Assembly (NCBI GenBank): GCA_032718475.1
Contig: JAUCBJ010005848.1
Location: 1-40,380 of the forward strand
DNA from: Nemertoderma westbladi
Taxonomy: Eukaryota > Animalia > Xenacoelomorpha
Reading direction: 5' to 3'
Length of the DNA: 40,380 bases
Numbering within the stretch: the stretch's first letter is position 1; each line of letters begins with the position of its first letter. Below the pieces are notes generated by a model. The model saw nothing but the letters and a program-made list of their open reading frames with translations, was not told the DNA's origin and did no database searches. Positions 1 through 12,479 of this stretch are shown here, piece by piece. A program made the translations under genes and the position numbers.

Positions 1-99
1 CAATTAATTTCCTTTAAAAGGCAGGTTGAAAATGGTGTTTTTACCGTAATCAACTTAATTAACTAATTAACTGCTATTATCTTAGCTTCTCGAAGGCCA

Positions 100-303
100 C
101 ACGGAAATTCTACTTGGAAAATTTCTAAACTTTTGCCAAACAACATGTGTACCAAGTTTGGATAGATTTCATCAAAGATTGGCCGAGTTATTAACGTTTA
201 AAATTGAACACGACAGAACGACAGAACGACAGAACGACAGAACGACAGGTTGATTAATGGTACCACTACGCTAAGGCTCACTCACTTCGTGGCTCGCCCC
301 ACA
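100..303 (+). mobile_element. Non-autonomous DINE-1/Helentron-like interspersed repeat fragment
   Basis: ACCAAGTTT block, (ACGACAGA)n microsatellite at ~210-248, then terminal CTCACTTCGTGGCTCGCCCCACA (281-303). An inverted relative with the same layout lies at 33512-33680. The family assignment is inferred from architecture and the left boundary is approximate. Confidence 0.55.
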
Positions 304-2671
304 GGGGGGAAACTTGACGCAAATCCCATCTCGGCGAATTAATATAAAGTCTCACTGTTAAATTCTCATTTCAGGGAAAGGAGCAGGTTACAGTGGCGCG
401 TTATTATAACCAAAACAATAAACTAAAGTTATATTAACAACTTATTTTGGGAGAAATCAGTTATTATTTGCGTCGAATTTCCCTGGAGAGTGATGAACAT
501 CTAGATTGAATATGGACATAGAATATATCGATACAGAATACTGACACAAAATATATGGACACAGAATATACTGATGGGGAATATCCGCTAACGGATTTAG
601 AAAATTCATTTAAATATTCTACATGCCACATGCAATATAATTCAAGCCTTTGGAATTTTTTAAATTCCATTTATCAATTTAATAATCAATGTCAATTAAT
701 AATTAATTGGTAACTAAAGGTGAAATAATACTTTGTAAGTAAGTGAATGCCAATTAATACAATTTTAAGGTATTTTGTGCCAAAAAATTACAGTCCTGAA
801 GTTTAAAATTAAAACGCAAAATAATGGAATTAATTAAATTAACTAATTAAATAATGGATGTGTCAAATTAGCCCGAAAGTGAAATGAGCCAAATTTAGAC
901 AAACCACGCCCCAACTTTTGTATTTCGATCGGCTTATCATTTCAAACTGACGTCTAACGCACCTCATTGCTGTGCCAATACCCAAAGGCCAACACTCGAT
1001 ACGCAAGCCTATGCAATAAATTCCTGCTGCATAGAGTAATACAGAACATATACAGACGGCACAAAGCCACTTAGTTAATCGTTGGTGATGTTTCTTCTAC
1101 AATGCGATGCGTAACTTTTGTTCAGTTTCAAGTAGTATGGCTGGCTATCCCAGACAAAGAAACATTTCCGTTGGTTCTCTGTCTCTCCCTGACTTTTCGT
1201 GACAATAATCTTGGACAATCTTCCCAACGAACTTCACCCCAAACACAAAAGAATCATCAGGCCTGTTGCAGAGGACACCACCAGGATGGGCGGTGATGAT
1301 CTGGAGCTAATAATCATTCAATGAGTCGAGTGAGTGACAATAACCGCATCACTGAGTTCGATTATATTTGTGTTTAGATTAAACTAAAATCCGGGCCATA
1401 AATCGTCACGACAGAGAGATCATTCTTGAAACGGAAATATCGGGTGAATGACATCCTAATCCTCAATTAGCCTTATGGAATCTGACTGGTATATAAATTT
1501 ACTGTCAATATAAAAAGGGTCTATTCAGACTCGGTGTAAGTTTGATCATATATTTGGCAACGATCTATGCAAATGGTGAGGCATTTGACAATAATTAACG
1601 CCGCAGAACATTACGTGGGAAGTCTACAGTATTTCGGTTATTCCAAGGACTACATCACTTGGATAAGATTAACATTACTGAGTTAACGCATTAGCGCTAC
1701 ATTATCACATAGTATGCCAAATCCCGTTAAAAGCTTACCCTTAATATTGTCATCACATTCCCGCCCATTACACAATCAACTCAGATTTTTACTACAAATC
1801 ATGAACCTTTACACAATACGTATGGTGTCATTCTTATTCTGAAAATGAATTATTTTATTTAATATGAGAATTATTCCGATGGATTGCAGCTTGCTTGGCC
1901 CTTGGGGATAAATTGTCTCCCATTCTCCCCTTGGGGTCTTTACCTTGTGATTGATTATACTAAGCTTCCATTACGGCACCCATTCCGGCCCATGTTCCAT
2001 GCCACGCCATTATGATTCTCGCACCATTCCAGAGCTACACCATAAAGGCAAGCCATACCATTGAGTGTTCCCCCCCTGGGGCCATATTGCCTTTATGTCT
2101 CTCCAGCTTGTAGCTAAATAAAAGATCATTACAATGGTAAGTTACACTCTTAGACCAATCTTATGGGCTGTGGCTAAGTATCCTTCCTCTATAAAGCGCT
2201 CTGACTGGAGCCCATATTCACTAAAGCATGACAAGAGACATCACAGTTTTCCAAAAGCCCAAGATGCGGTTGTCGTTGATTGTACAAGGTGGACGTGGTC
2301 TATAGAATAGAGCTTCCATTGTTCCTTCTAAAAGGATTTTGGGACCATTCATTATTAGAAGCAATACATTTGCCCGGTTCCCAATTGCTTTGGTTAAGTT
2401 TGATGGAATTCAATCAACGATAGCTAATTGCCACCCATATCCAATGGTTTTTACGCCTTGAAATTCTTGTGTCGCGTCCAATGGAAAATTGTATGAAGCA
2501 AATGATACGATCCATAAATGTGAGAAATTACGAAATGTGCAGAAGTAATGCGGCATGGAATGGATTATTACAAAATTGGTCATAAATATGAAAAAATGAC
2601 GGGTAATTGTCCTCTATATTTCTCCAGACTTTTTTATTACTATATTAACAACTTAATTTATTATATTTCAG

Positions 2672-3781
2672 AATTCAATCCGGCACAATCTATCGTTGCA
2701 CAATCGTTTTATGCGAATTCAAAACGAGGGAACTGGGAAAAGTTCCTGGTGGGTGATAAACCCGGACGCAAAACCCGGGAAATCGCTGAGACGTCGGCCG
2801 CTATCCGACACTCCATCCTCTAAGTACGAGCGGAAGCGCGGTCGACAGAAGAAGAAGGTAGACGAAAGTGTGGTCGCGAGGTTTACTACCGGCGTCATCG
2901 GCAACGGGAAGTGGATGCAACACAGTCCCACCGCGTCCCCGAAAGACGAACTCATAAACAATTCGCCGGCAGTTTGGAACGATTTTCGTGCCCATAACAC
3001 CTCGAACGCAAATCGATTGTCCCCCGCGATGGTGCTAATACCACCGCACCACCACCAGAGCAGCGGAATGTCGCCTACCCATTACGCCCCCGAAACGATG
3101 GGAGCTCCCCTGATTGGAGGACCTCCGGCCAATCCGTTGCTACGAGATACTACCATGTTTGACTCGTTTAAGTTCGGATCCCACCCCCATCTTATGATGG
3201 CGCCTTCTGATCAGGACCAATACGGGTATTCATCCAGCGGTGGACCCTATATGGGTCTGTACGGACCACCAGACAGCTACCCCTACAGTCTCGGACCATA
3301 CGGAGACCAACCAACCCTTATGCCATCCCTGGATCCCTATGGTATGATAGGGCCCTCTAGCGGCCCTTCAACAAACGAATATCATCAGCAACAGATGGAG
3401 CTGATGATGAGTCGTCATGAATGCGGATCAGATGAAATGCGACTCGAAGCATATCGTCAATCGGGTTGCCAAGGCAATCAACTTTTACCTAGTCTACAAC
3501 AGCCTATAGCGAGCGGGGCATCTCTATCTACAGCCGGCATTAAATACACGGATTACCCTTACGGAAGTATCTATAGCAACGGGGAATTTACAAACGGCAG
3601 TCTAGACTCCAACTCTCAAATGATTCATATGGATTATTCTTCGGAAGGCGCGCCGATTCGAATGTCAGGATTCCCGGGCAGCCAATCAATACCGCCACGA
3701 ATGGTGCACGGAGGCGCCAACCTGCGTCTACCCCTAACTACGACGACGGGGGATAGCCTGCATCAGGAGTGGGTGCATTAG
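2672..3781 (+). CDS. FOXO: Forkhead box O (FoxO) transcription factor, terminal coding exon (C-terminal half of forkhead domain plus C-terminal region); upstream exon(s) lie outside the window
   Basis: Acceptor ttatatttcag ends at 2671. The phase-0 exon reads NSIRHNLSLHNRFMRIQNEGTGKSSWWVINPDAKPGKSLRRRPLS, the FoxO-specific forkhead/NLS signature, starting at the conserved WK|NSIRHNLS intron position. It ends ...EWVH* (TAG 3779-3781), similar to other FoxO C-termini. Confidence 0.96.
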   Translation, partial: NSIRHNLSLHNRFMRIQNEGTGKSSWWVINPDAKPGKSLRRRPLSDTPSSKYERKRGRQKKKVDESVVARFTTGVIGNGKWMQHSPTASPKDELINNSPAVWNDFRAHNTSNANRLSPAMVLIPPHHHQSSGMSPTHYAPETMGAPLIGGPPANPLLRDTTMFDSFKFGSHPHLMMAPSDQDQYGYSSSGGPYMGLYGPPDSYPYSLGPYGDQPTLMPSLDPYGMIGPSSGPSTNEYHQQQMELMMSRHECGSDEMRLEAYRQSGCQGNQLLPSLQQPIASGASLSTAGIKYTDYPYGSIYSNGEFTNGSLDSNSQMIHMDYSSEGAPIRMSGFPGSQSIPPRMVHGGANLRLPLTTTTGDSLHQEWVH

Positions 3782-6007
3782 GGGGAACAAGTAATAACCG
3801 AATGGTTGAAATATAATGTGCAGATATTCATTTATTATGTATAGTATTAGTGGAGTGAGTTCTATAAGTCCATTGTTCTTATATCGCTGTGCAGGTAATT
3901 GCTTTGGCGATTGGGTCGCCATGGCGGGGTTTCTATTTTGAAAGGGTCTGTCTTTGGCAACGGGCATTAACATTTGCTAATAACTATGTTGCTAAACTAC
4001 TTAAAACGCTAATTATTTCGCCCCGGGACTTAACAAATAAAACAAATGCTTGTCAATTATTCGAGTGGTCTCTACTAACCGTTTAGTGCACGGGCCCCAT
4101 CGCCTCTTATCGTCCAGGTACGTGTGTCAGATCCCGCAATTTATAACAATAAATTGGATGTCATATTGTTGAGAAAATTTCAAGGAGAGAAAGATACTAT
4201 TTTAAAATAAATCCAATTTGCGCTTTATTATTAAAATTAATGCAGAAAAGTTGCCATTCCATCCCGCATCATATTTTATTAAAATTTTGAATCGTTCTGA
4301 TTATTGTTTACTGATAGGCATATCACATCGTTAGTTTATATCAAGAAAGAGACTGATAATATACTGTTTATCATAGAAAGGAAATAGGATCTATATAGAA
4401 AGGCACGCACATGAAGTCAACTCGCCCCATTTGTGTTTTAGTTTCAGTTTAATTAATATGTTTTTGGGATATGCCTATGTTATATGAATTAGTTTTAGAC
4501 TCTTGCCATTTAAATAGTTTTTCTTACAACAGTTTATATACAATTTCCGATTCATATTGTACCTGTTTTCACCATTTTTCGTTCGAGAAATTCCTTGTTC
4601 AATTTAGTTAGAGATAGTTTTGGCAGTGATGAAGAGATCTTAAATAAACATTGTAATTATAATATTATTTATGGTTCAATATGTTGATAATTAGTTGAGA
4701 TTTATTGTTAAAATATATTTTCATGATGTTTTTTATATGCAGTAAATTCCGGCGATCCGCAGCATTCCTCCAGTTCGCGCGGACAGCCGAATGAATTTTA
4801 TTGCTGACTCAATTCATGATCATGTTAATGTATTATGTTTCAAATAGTTTGATCGGTGCATCGCTAACTCTTCTCAACATAAAATTCAATTAACTCCCGC
4901 AGTGCCGCATGCTATTTAATGTTTTTTTATAAGTCATTTTTTTAATGTTTCATATTAGTTAGGTGTAGAGCTGTAGATTTGTTTAACTAATAGTGTGAAA
5001 CAATTGCTATCTGATTTATGGCACATAATTATTGATTAATATTTATATTTGTCATTATCCATTATTATTTACACTTATGTACCAACACCAACACCTAGTG
5101 AGGAGCTGGACATCAGGTGTTGTATTTTAAAAGGTTTCACAAGATCGCAAAATCGGTACATTTTAAATCGTTAAATTAAATTTTATTAATTATTTAGGCA
5201 TCATAATATGTTTCGATATATTGCTATTTCGCATTTGGTTTTTCTTGCAAACTGGTTGTTAGTTAAATGCGATTATATGGTATATATATTATATATATGG
5301 TATTGTTAATGGTTGAACTTATCGGTGTTGTTTAATTGTGGACATAATAATGTTGCGTATATTGTTATTTTATCACTAATTGCTATTTCTATTTATACAA
5401 ATGCGTTACTTCAAACAGGTCTATAATACTTTTAGAGTTATCATTAAAATCAGTATTTATAGTAATCAATTAGTCGAAATATATAGTTTCAAATCAGGGT
5501 TTAGTTTAGATTTACTCAATCAATATTGTAGTTGTAGTCGAGACTTGTGCTATACTAGCTATATTTAGGCTTATGTTTGTAAGTTATAAATTATTACTTA
5601 AGTATCTTTTTCTTGTAACATTGTTTAGATTAATATTGTTATATAACCATAAATTAAATTTTTTCCATATTTTTGTTGGGGGAAAAATATGTATTATTTA
5701 TATTACAAACAATAAACAACCTTCATATATTTTTCAACTTCTACAACGTCAATCTTCACTGCACGGGTTAGGGCAGGTTTCGATCCACGGCCTGATATCC
5801 CTACTAGTACTAGGAATATAACAATTACAGAGTATGAAGCTGCTCATTAAAACTTACAAAGCGTGCCGTATCGATGGAATTCCATCTGAGATATTGATAA
5901 AAAACGAAAGGAACAGGTCACAGTGACCCTAACAGTAAACCAGAGTCAATATCCCAGATAATTAAATTATTATTGAGAACACGAAGTGCTGCCCCTGGTG
6001 GCCACGT

Positions 6008-6040
6008 TTGAACCTTCGTCTCATTCGGACCTACGACTCA
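6008..6040 (-). repeat. Isolated inverted remnant (~2 units) of the 17-bp GGGACGAAGGTCCGAAT repeat
   Basis: TTGAACCTTCGTCTCATTCGGACCTACGACTCA is the degenerate reverse complement of the unit in the 9.2-12.5 kb array. Confidence 0.6.
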
Positions 6041-7835
6041 AGAAGTCTTTCCGCTGAATGGCTGAGACCACGACGATCCTAAATGATGAATATGCAATAC
6101 CAAACGCAGGGGTGCAAAATCCATCATGTGATCGCGATGCCATATGCCATACATACTCTCCACCTAGCTATGGCCGCCGTACGAAGTTCATATACAGTCA
6201 CTGACTCAGAATTAGGAAGCACGCAGTACCTTAATTGGCGCTTAATGCGAACTTATAATTTATCTTTCCATTCTACAGCTGTTCGAGAGATCTTTATATA
6301 CAACAACTTTTTGGCGAAAACAACATATTTTGGGGGGAAGTAAAAGTTGATTTAAAAAATATCATTTAACAATTAAACTTAATGCAAAATAGCAGACACA
6401 TCCACTTCCACCGCTAATAATTTTTTCTCCTATTAACAAATTTTGCATAGCATCTGTTTCGCGTTATTTGCGACTTTGCCTCTGAACACAGAAGTGTCTC
6501 AGAAATTCGAAAACACTTGGAACAGACAGACCTTACCATCACATATATTGACCCTTTGATGAAATAAAGACACGTTTATTGTATTCGCAGCTTAGGAAGG
6601 CTTAAGTCTGCTACTTAAGGAATTGATTACATGCTAATAACATTGATTGCTACGAGGGCGTGGGCCAATTGGAAAATTGCCGATTGAATAGTCGGTGGTT
6701 GTGGGAAAGTCTATCCTTGGTGGGACAGCAGACACACGAATAGACAGGTGCCTCTCAATTGGAAGTGATGGGCGGTTGAACTGACGTGGTTACTGAGACC
6801 TACCTCTCGGAAACCTCGCTAATAGTATATACCGGGACACCACCGCTGCTCCTCTCGTTCCCACTGACAGTTAGTTAGTAGCTAATACAGTAACGATACG
6901 ACCTACTAGTGTAGGTCAGTAGGTTTAATATGGATCCGTTTAATTGACAACCCCACTGGACGTCAGCTTTAGCTGGCCGAAGCTAGTCTGGCTTCTATTT
7001 CCTACAGGATGGGTGGCTCATCCACGATTCCAACACGAATCTCTCCTGATTAGTTGTATTTATCAGAAGATAAAGAGAAGGGAAACTTTTTAGATTTATT
7101 CCAATTGAAATTGATCCACTTTTTCTGTGTGGTTCATTTTTTATAAGCAACAAGGCTGCGTGCGTTTACATACCAGGAGGGTTGAAGTGTCACTTATCAC
7201 GGTTTAAGTGATGTTCATTAATTCATTAATTCTAAAATGTGCATTATGATAATTTAACATTGCATATCAATAAATACACTATGACCAAGAATATCTGAAC
7301 ATGGTGTCGTTATTCAGGTAGACTGAACCCGTTCGTGAATCTTATAGTGATTTTGTTGGTATTACTCAGTGCAGGATTCCAAATATGTCACACAATCTGA
7401 ATTTCGTCGTGAAATAGCTGAGATATGAGCGTTCGAGTATGGCATGGATTTTTCATTTTTCCAATGTACAAAGCAATTCTTTTCGGCTATTTATTAATAT
7501 CATTACTCACGGGATTTGTTTAATACAGAGAGTTTTCAGTGTAATTATTACCGCATTCATAACATCTGTTAAAGAACCACAGATATTCGTAATCATACCA
7601 CCACCCTTCGATTTTAAAACGGTCCAGTAGTTTCCATCAGCTGCACTGCCGCTGGGGCCATAACCGAATTATCCGCAAACGATCTGGTATAAAAACGACA
7701 GCAAGCTGAAATGCTGCATAGCGCTTTCGAATTAGCGGACGCGGAACCTGCAGCTAGCTAAATCGAAAACAGGACTTGAAAGGTGTCCTGGCGAACCAAC
7801 TGGATTAACTAGTAATTATAATTATACATTACCGA

Positions 7836-8000
7836 TGTGGGCGAGCCACGCACGCAGCCAGGGTGAGCCTTAGCGCACAATTATAATTAGTAAATACGGC
7901 AAAATTTCATGTCCTTCTGTGTGTCCGTCTGTAACGAAAAATTCATTCGTAAATAACTTTTAAAGATTTTAACTATTTTCAACCAAATTTTGTATGGGCT
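7836..8000 (-). mobile_element. DINE-1/Helentron-like repeat end
   Basis: TGTGGGCGAGCCACG...GTGAGCCTTAGCG is the reverse complement of the terminus at 268-303. It is followed by a CTGTGTGTCCGTCTGT microsatellite remnant and AACCAAATTTTGTATG. Confidence 0.5.
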
Positions 8001-8194
8001 GGGCATACTAGAGAAAAAGTTCCAATATTTTTGAAAAATCTTTAAGTTACTGGCAAATAACTCTCGAACTTTTGACTTGAACCTTAACGACTGCCTTCTT
8101 TGATATTACGGGTGCAATAAGGTTTTACCTTCCAAAAAAATAAATAAAAAATCGGTAACTATTTTACTAACTATGAACATGTTGTTCCAAATAT

Positions 8195-8291
8195 GAAAAA
8201 TTCCCGGTTTCATGATATTTTTCCTTGGCATTTTCCAGGTTTTTCCCGGTTTAATTTTTTTCCCGGCCTTTCCCCGGCGTTCGACACCCTG
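8195..8291. mobile_element. Probable end of a TIR DNA element (CAGGG terminus, TTCCCGG subterminal repeats)
   Basis: Several TTCCCGG/TTCCAGG motifs end in ...CGTTCGACACCCTG (reverse complement CAGGGTGTCGAACG, a hAT-like terminus). No partner end was found. Confidence 0.35.
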
Positions 8292-8331
8292 CTTTATATT
8301 CTATTTCACTAATTTACTCCATAATTTGTAG

Positions 8332-8888
8332 GTGACGCAGGAAATGGTGGATGCTCTGAGGAACGAGTGGGCCTCAGTTGGGTACAACAGATTCGGTTGG
8401 ATAGAAACTTCCTGCAAAAATTTCCATAACATCGACATGTTGTTTAAGTGCGCTGCCGTGGTCGCTACCGGGATGGTAAACAATCAAACCAAGAAACTCT
8501 ACCCACAAATGACTGTAAGTGAGATTTAATATCCCAAAAGTGAACATAGAATGTTACTTATGAGATCCTAAAATGGTAACTTAGTAGCAGCCAAGCCCAA
8601 GGTTAAGGTAACAGATTAAGGTAATTGAATACAATTTGTTTGTTCTATAACAGAGAATTCCTAACAGCCTGATAAAACTGAATGTCAGTTTCCATTTCAA
8701 ACATAACTACAGTGTATAAACATTATTAACTGTTATAGGAAATATTTCGTGACAAGTTGGATAATACCCGCAGACCGGGTCTCATGGTGGCCTCCAGACC
8801 AGACCTTACCAGTCTCCCAGAACGGATTGCAAGTAGACCCATAAGGAAGACATTGCTGGAGAGAGATACCTTCTGTACTATTTTGTGA
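8332..8888 (+). pseudogene. Orphan duplicate of exons 4 (8332-8514) and 5 (8739-8888) of the atypical small GTPase gene at 19712-22085
   Basis: Exon 4 appears identical to 21548-21730. Exon 5 differs from 21936-22085 by one synonymous change (AGA vs CGA). Splice sites, CTIL* and AATAAA are intact. Homology begins at ~8302, and I found no copies of exons 1-3 upstream. Confidence 0.8.
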
Positions 8889-9161
8889 ACACAATAAACA
8901 TTATATTGGATTTGTAACAACCGCGTACCATACCAAATACAAAAACTAATAAGTAACAAAATGTGTTACAAATATTTGCGATAGTATTACTCTAAACGTT
9001 ATTATCCAAATGTAGGTTGATTTCTAATTGTTGCAAATATAATATTGAAGTAAAAAAAGCATTTAGCGTTGTATTTTATGACATTTATGTGCAGCATCCT
9101 GGTGTAAGTAGAGTAGATGTACCATCAAGTGGTGAGTTCTGCAGTAAATACCCAACAGGGA

Positions 9162-12100
9162 GGTAACAAGACGAAGGTCCGAATGGGACGGAGGTCCGAA
9201 TAGGACGGAGGTCCGAATGGGACGGAGGTCCGAATGGGACGAAGGTCCGAATGGGACGGAGGTCCGAATGGGACGGAGGTCCGAATGGGACGAAGGTCCG
9301 AATGGGACGGAGGTCCGAATGGGACGGATGTCCGAATGGGACGAAGGTCCGAATGGGACGAAGGTCCGAATGGGACGGATGTCCGAATGGGACGAAGATC
9401 CGAATGGGACGAAGATCCGAATGGGACGAAGGTCCGAATGGGACGGAGGTCCGAATGGGACGAAGGTCAAAATGGGACGAAGGTCCGAATGGGACAAAGG
9501 TCCGAATGGGACGAAGGTCCGAATGGGACGAAGGTCCGAATGGGACGGAGGTCCGAATGGGACGAAGGTCCGAATGGGACGGATGTCCGAATGGGACGAA
9601 GGTCCGAATGGGACGAAGGTCCGAATGGGACGAAGGTCCGAATGGGACGAAGGTCCGAATGGGACGGAGGTCCGAATGGGACGGAGGTCCGAATGGGACG
9701 GAGGTCCCGAATGGGACAAAGGTCCGAATGGGACGGAGGTCCCGAATGGGGCGGACGTCCGAATGGGACGAAGGTCCGAATGGGACGGAGGTCCGAATGG
9801 GACGGAGGTCCGAATGGGACGAAGGTCCGAATGGGACGGATGTCCGAATGGGACGAAGGTCCGAATGGGACGAAGGTCCGAATGGGACGAAGGTCCGAAT
9901 GGGACGGAGGTCCGAATGGGACGGAGGTCCGAATGGGACGGAGGTCCCGAATGGGACAAAGGTCCGAATGGGACGGAGGTCCCGAATGGGGCGGACGTCC
10001 GAATGGGACGAAGGTCCGAATGGGACGGAGGTCCGAATGGGACGGAGGTCCGAATGGGACGGAGGTCCGAATGGGACGAAGGTCCGAATGGGACGAAGGT
10101 TCGAATGGGACAAAGGTCCGAATGGGACGAAGGTCCGAATGGGACGAAGGTCCGAATGGGACGAAGGTCCGAATGGGACGAAGGTCCGAATGGGACGGAG
10201 GTCCGAATGGGACGGAGGTCCGAATGGGACAAAGGTCCGAATGGGACGGAGGTCCGAATGGGACGGAGGTCCGAATGGGACGGAGGTCCGAATGGGACGA
10301 AGGTCCGAATGGGACGAAGGTCCGAATGGGCGAAGGTCCGAATGGGACGAAGGTTCGAATGGGACGGAGGTCCGAATGGGACGGAGGTCCGAATGGGACG
10401 AAGGTCCGAATGGGACGAAGGTCCGAATGGGCGAAGGTCCGAATGGGACGGAGTTCCGAATGGGACGGAGGTCCGAATGGGACGGAGGTCCGAATGGGAC
10501 GAAGGTCCGAATGGGCGAAGGTCCGAATGGGACGGAGGTCCGAATGGGACGAAGGTCCGCATGGGACGAAGGTCCGAATGGGACGGAGGTCCGAATGGGA
10601 CGAAGGTCCGAATGGGACGGAGGTCCGAATGGGACGAAGGTCGGAATGGGACAGAGGTCCGAATGGGACAAGGGTTCGAATGGGACGAAGGTCCGAATGG
10701 GACGGAAGTCCGAATGGGGCGAAGGTCCGAATGGGACAAAGGTCCCAATGGGACGGAGGTCCGAATGGGACAAAGGTCCGAATGGGACGAAGGTCCGAAT
10801 GGGACGGAGGTCCGAATGGGACGGAGGTCCGAATGGGACGGAGGTCGGAATGGGACAGAGGTCCGAATGGGACAAGGGTTCGAATGGGACGAAGGTTCGA
10901 ATGGGACGAAGGTCCGAATGGGACAAAGGTTAGAAAGGGACGAAGGTCCGAAAGGGACGAAGGTCCGAATGGGACAAAGGTCCGAATGGGACGAAGGTTC
11001 GAATGGGACGGAGGTCCGAATGGGACGGAGGTCCGAATGGGACGTCGGTCCGAATGGGACAAAGGTTAGAATGGGACGAAGGTCCGAAAGGGACGGAGGT
11101 CCGAAAGGGACGGAGGTCCGAATGGGACGAAGGTCCCAATGGGACGGAGGTCCGAATGGGACGGATGTCCGAATGGGACGGAGGTCCGAATGGGACGGGA
11201 GTCCGAATGGGACGAAGGTCCGAAAGGGACGGAGGTCCGAATGGGACGGAAGTCCGAATGGGACGGAGGTCCGAATGGGACGAAGGTCCGAATGGGACGA
11301 AGGTCCGAATGGGACAAAGGTCCGAATGGGACGAAGGTCCGAATGGGACGAAGGTCCGAATGGGACGAAAGTCCGAATGGGACGTAGGTCCGAATGGAAC
11401 GAAGGTCCGAATGGGACGAAGGTCCGAATGGGACGAAGGTCTGAATGGGACGAAGGTCCGAATGGGACGGAGGTCCGAATGGGACAAAGGTCCGAATGGG
11501 ACAAAGGTCCGAATGGGACGAAGGTCCGAATGGGACGGAGGTCCGAATGGGACGTAGGTCCGAATGGGACAAAGGTCCCAATGGGACGAAGGTCCGAATG
11601 GGACGAAGGTCCGAATGGGACGAAGGTCCGAATGGGACAAAGGTCCGAATGGGACGGAGATCCGAATGGGACGAAGGTCCGAATGGGACAAAGGTCCGAA
11701 TGGGACAAAGGTCCGAATGGGACAAAGGTCCGAATGGGACGGAGCTCCGAATGGGACAAAGGTCCGATTGGGACGAAGGTCCGAATGGGACGAAGGTCCG
11801 AATGGGACAAAGGTCCGAATGGGACGGAGGTCCGAATGGGACGAAGGTCCGAATGGGACGAAGGTCCGAATGGGACAAAGGTCCGAATGGGACGAAGGTT
11901 CGAATGGGACAAAGGTCCGAATGGGACAAAGGTCCGAATGGGACGAAGGTCCGAATGGGACGAAGGCCGAATGGGACACAGGTCCGAATGTGACAAAGGT
12001 CCGAATGGGATGAAGGTCCGAATGGGACAAAGGTCCGAATGGGACGAAGGTCGAATGGGACGAAGGTCCGAATGGGACAAAGGTCCGAATGGGACAAAGG

Positions 12101-12477
12101 TCCGAATGCGACGAAGGTCCGAATGGGACGAAGGTCCGAATGGGACGGAGGTCCGAATGGGACGTAGGTCCGAATGGGACGAAGGTCCGAATGGGACAAA
12201 GGACCGAATGGGACAAAGGACCGAATGGGACAAAGGTCGGAATGGGACGAGGTCCGGATGGGACGGAGGTCCGAATGGGACGAAGGTCCGAATGGGACAA
12301 AGGTCCGAATGGGACGTAGGTCCGAATGGACAAAGGTCCGAATGGGACGAAGGTCCGAATGGGACAAAGGACCGAATGGGACAAAGGTCGGAATGGGACG
12401 AGGTCCGGATGGGACGGAGGTCCGAATGGGACGAAGGTCCGAATGGGACAAAGGTCCGAATGGGACGAAGGCCCGAA
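9162..12477 (+). repeat. 17-bp tandem satellite, unit GGGACG(A/G)AGGTCCGAAT, roughly 190-195 copies
   Basis: Directly visible array that starts just inside a GGTAACAAGAC terminus. It has no spacers. The unit lacks stop codons in all frames, which explains the long ORFs on both strands. Confidence 0.97.
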
Positions 12478-12479
12478 GT

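Noticed and set aside
1137-1202. Short intronic ORF MAGYPRQRNISVGSLSLPDFS* containing an RxRxxS motif after an acceptor-like site
   Set aside because: It is only about 21 codons, stops before any donor, and lacks the FoxO RxRSxTWP signature, so it is likely chance.
5986-6004. CTCF-like GGCCACCAGGGGCAGCAC on the minus strand
   Set aside because: It is one G short of the consensus core spacing, so too weak to call.
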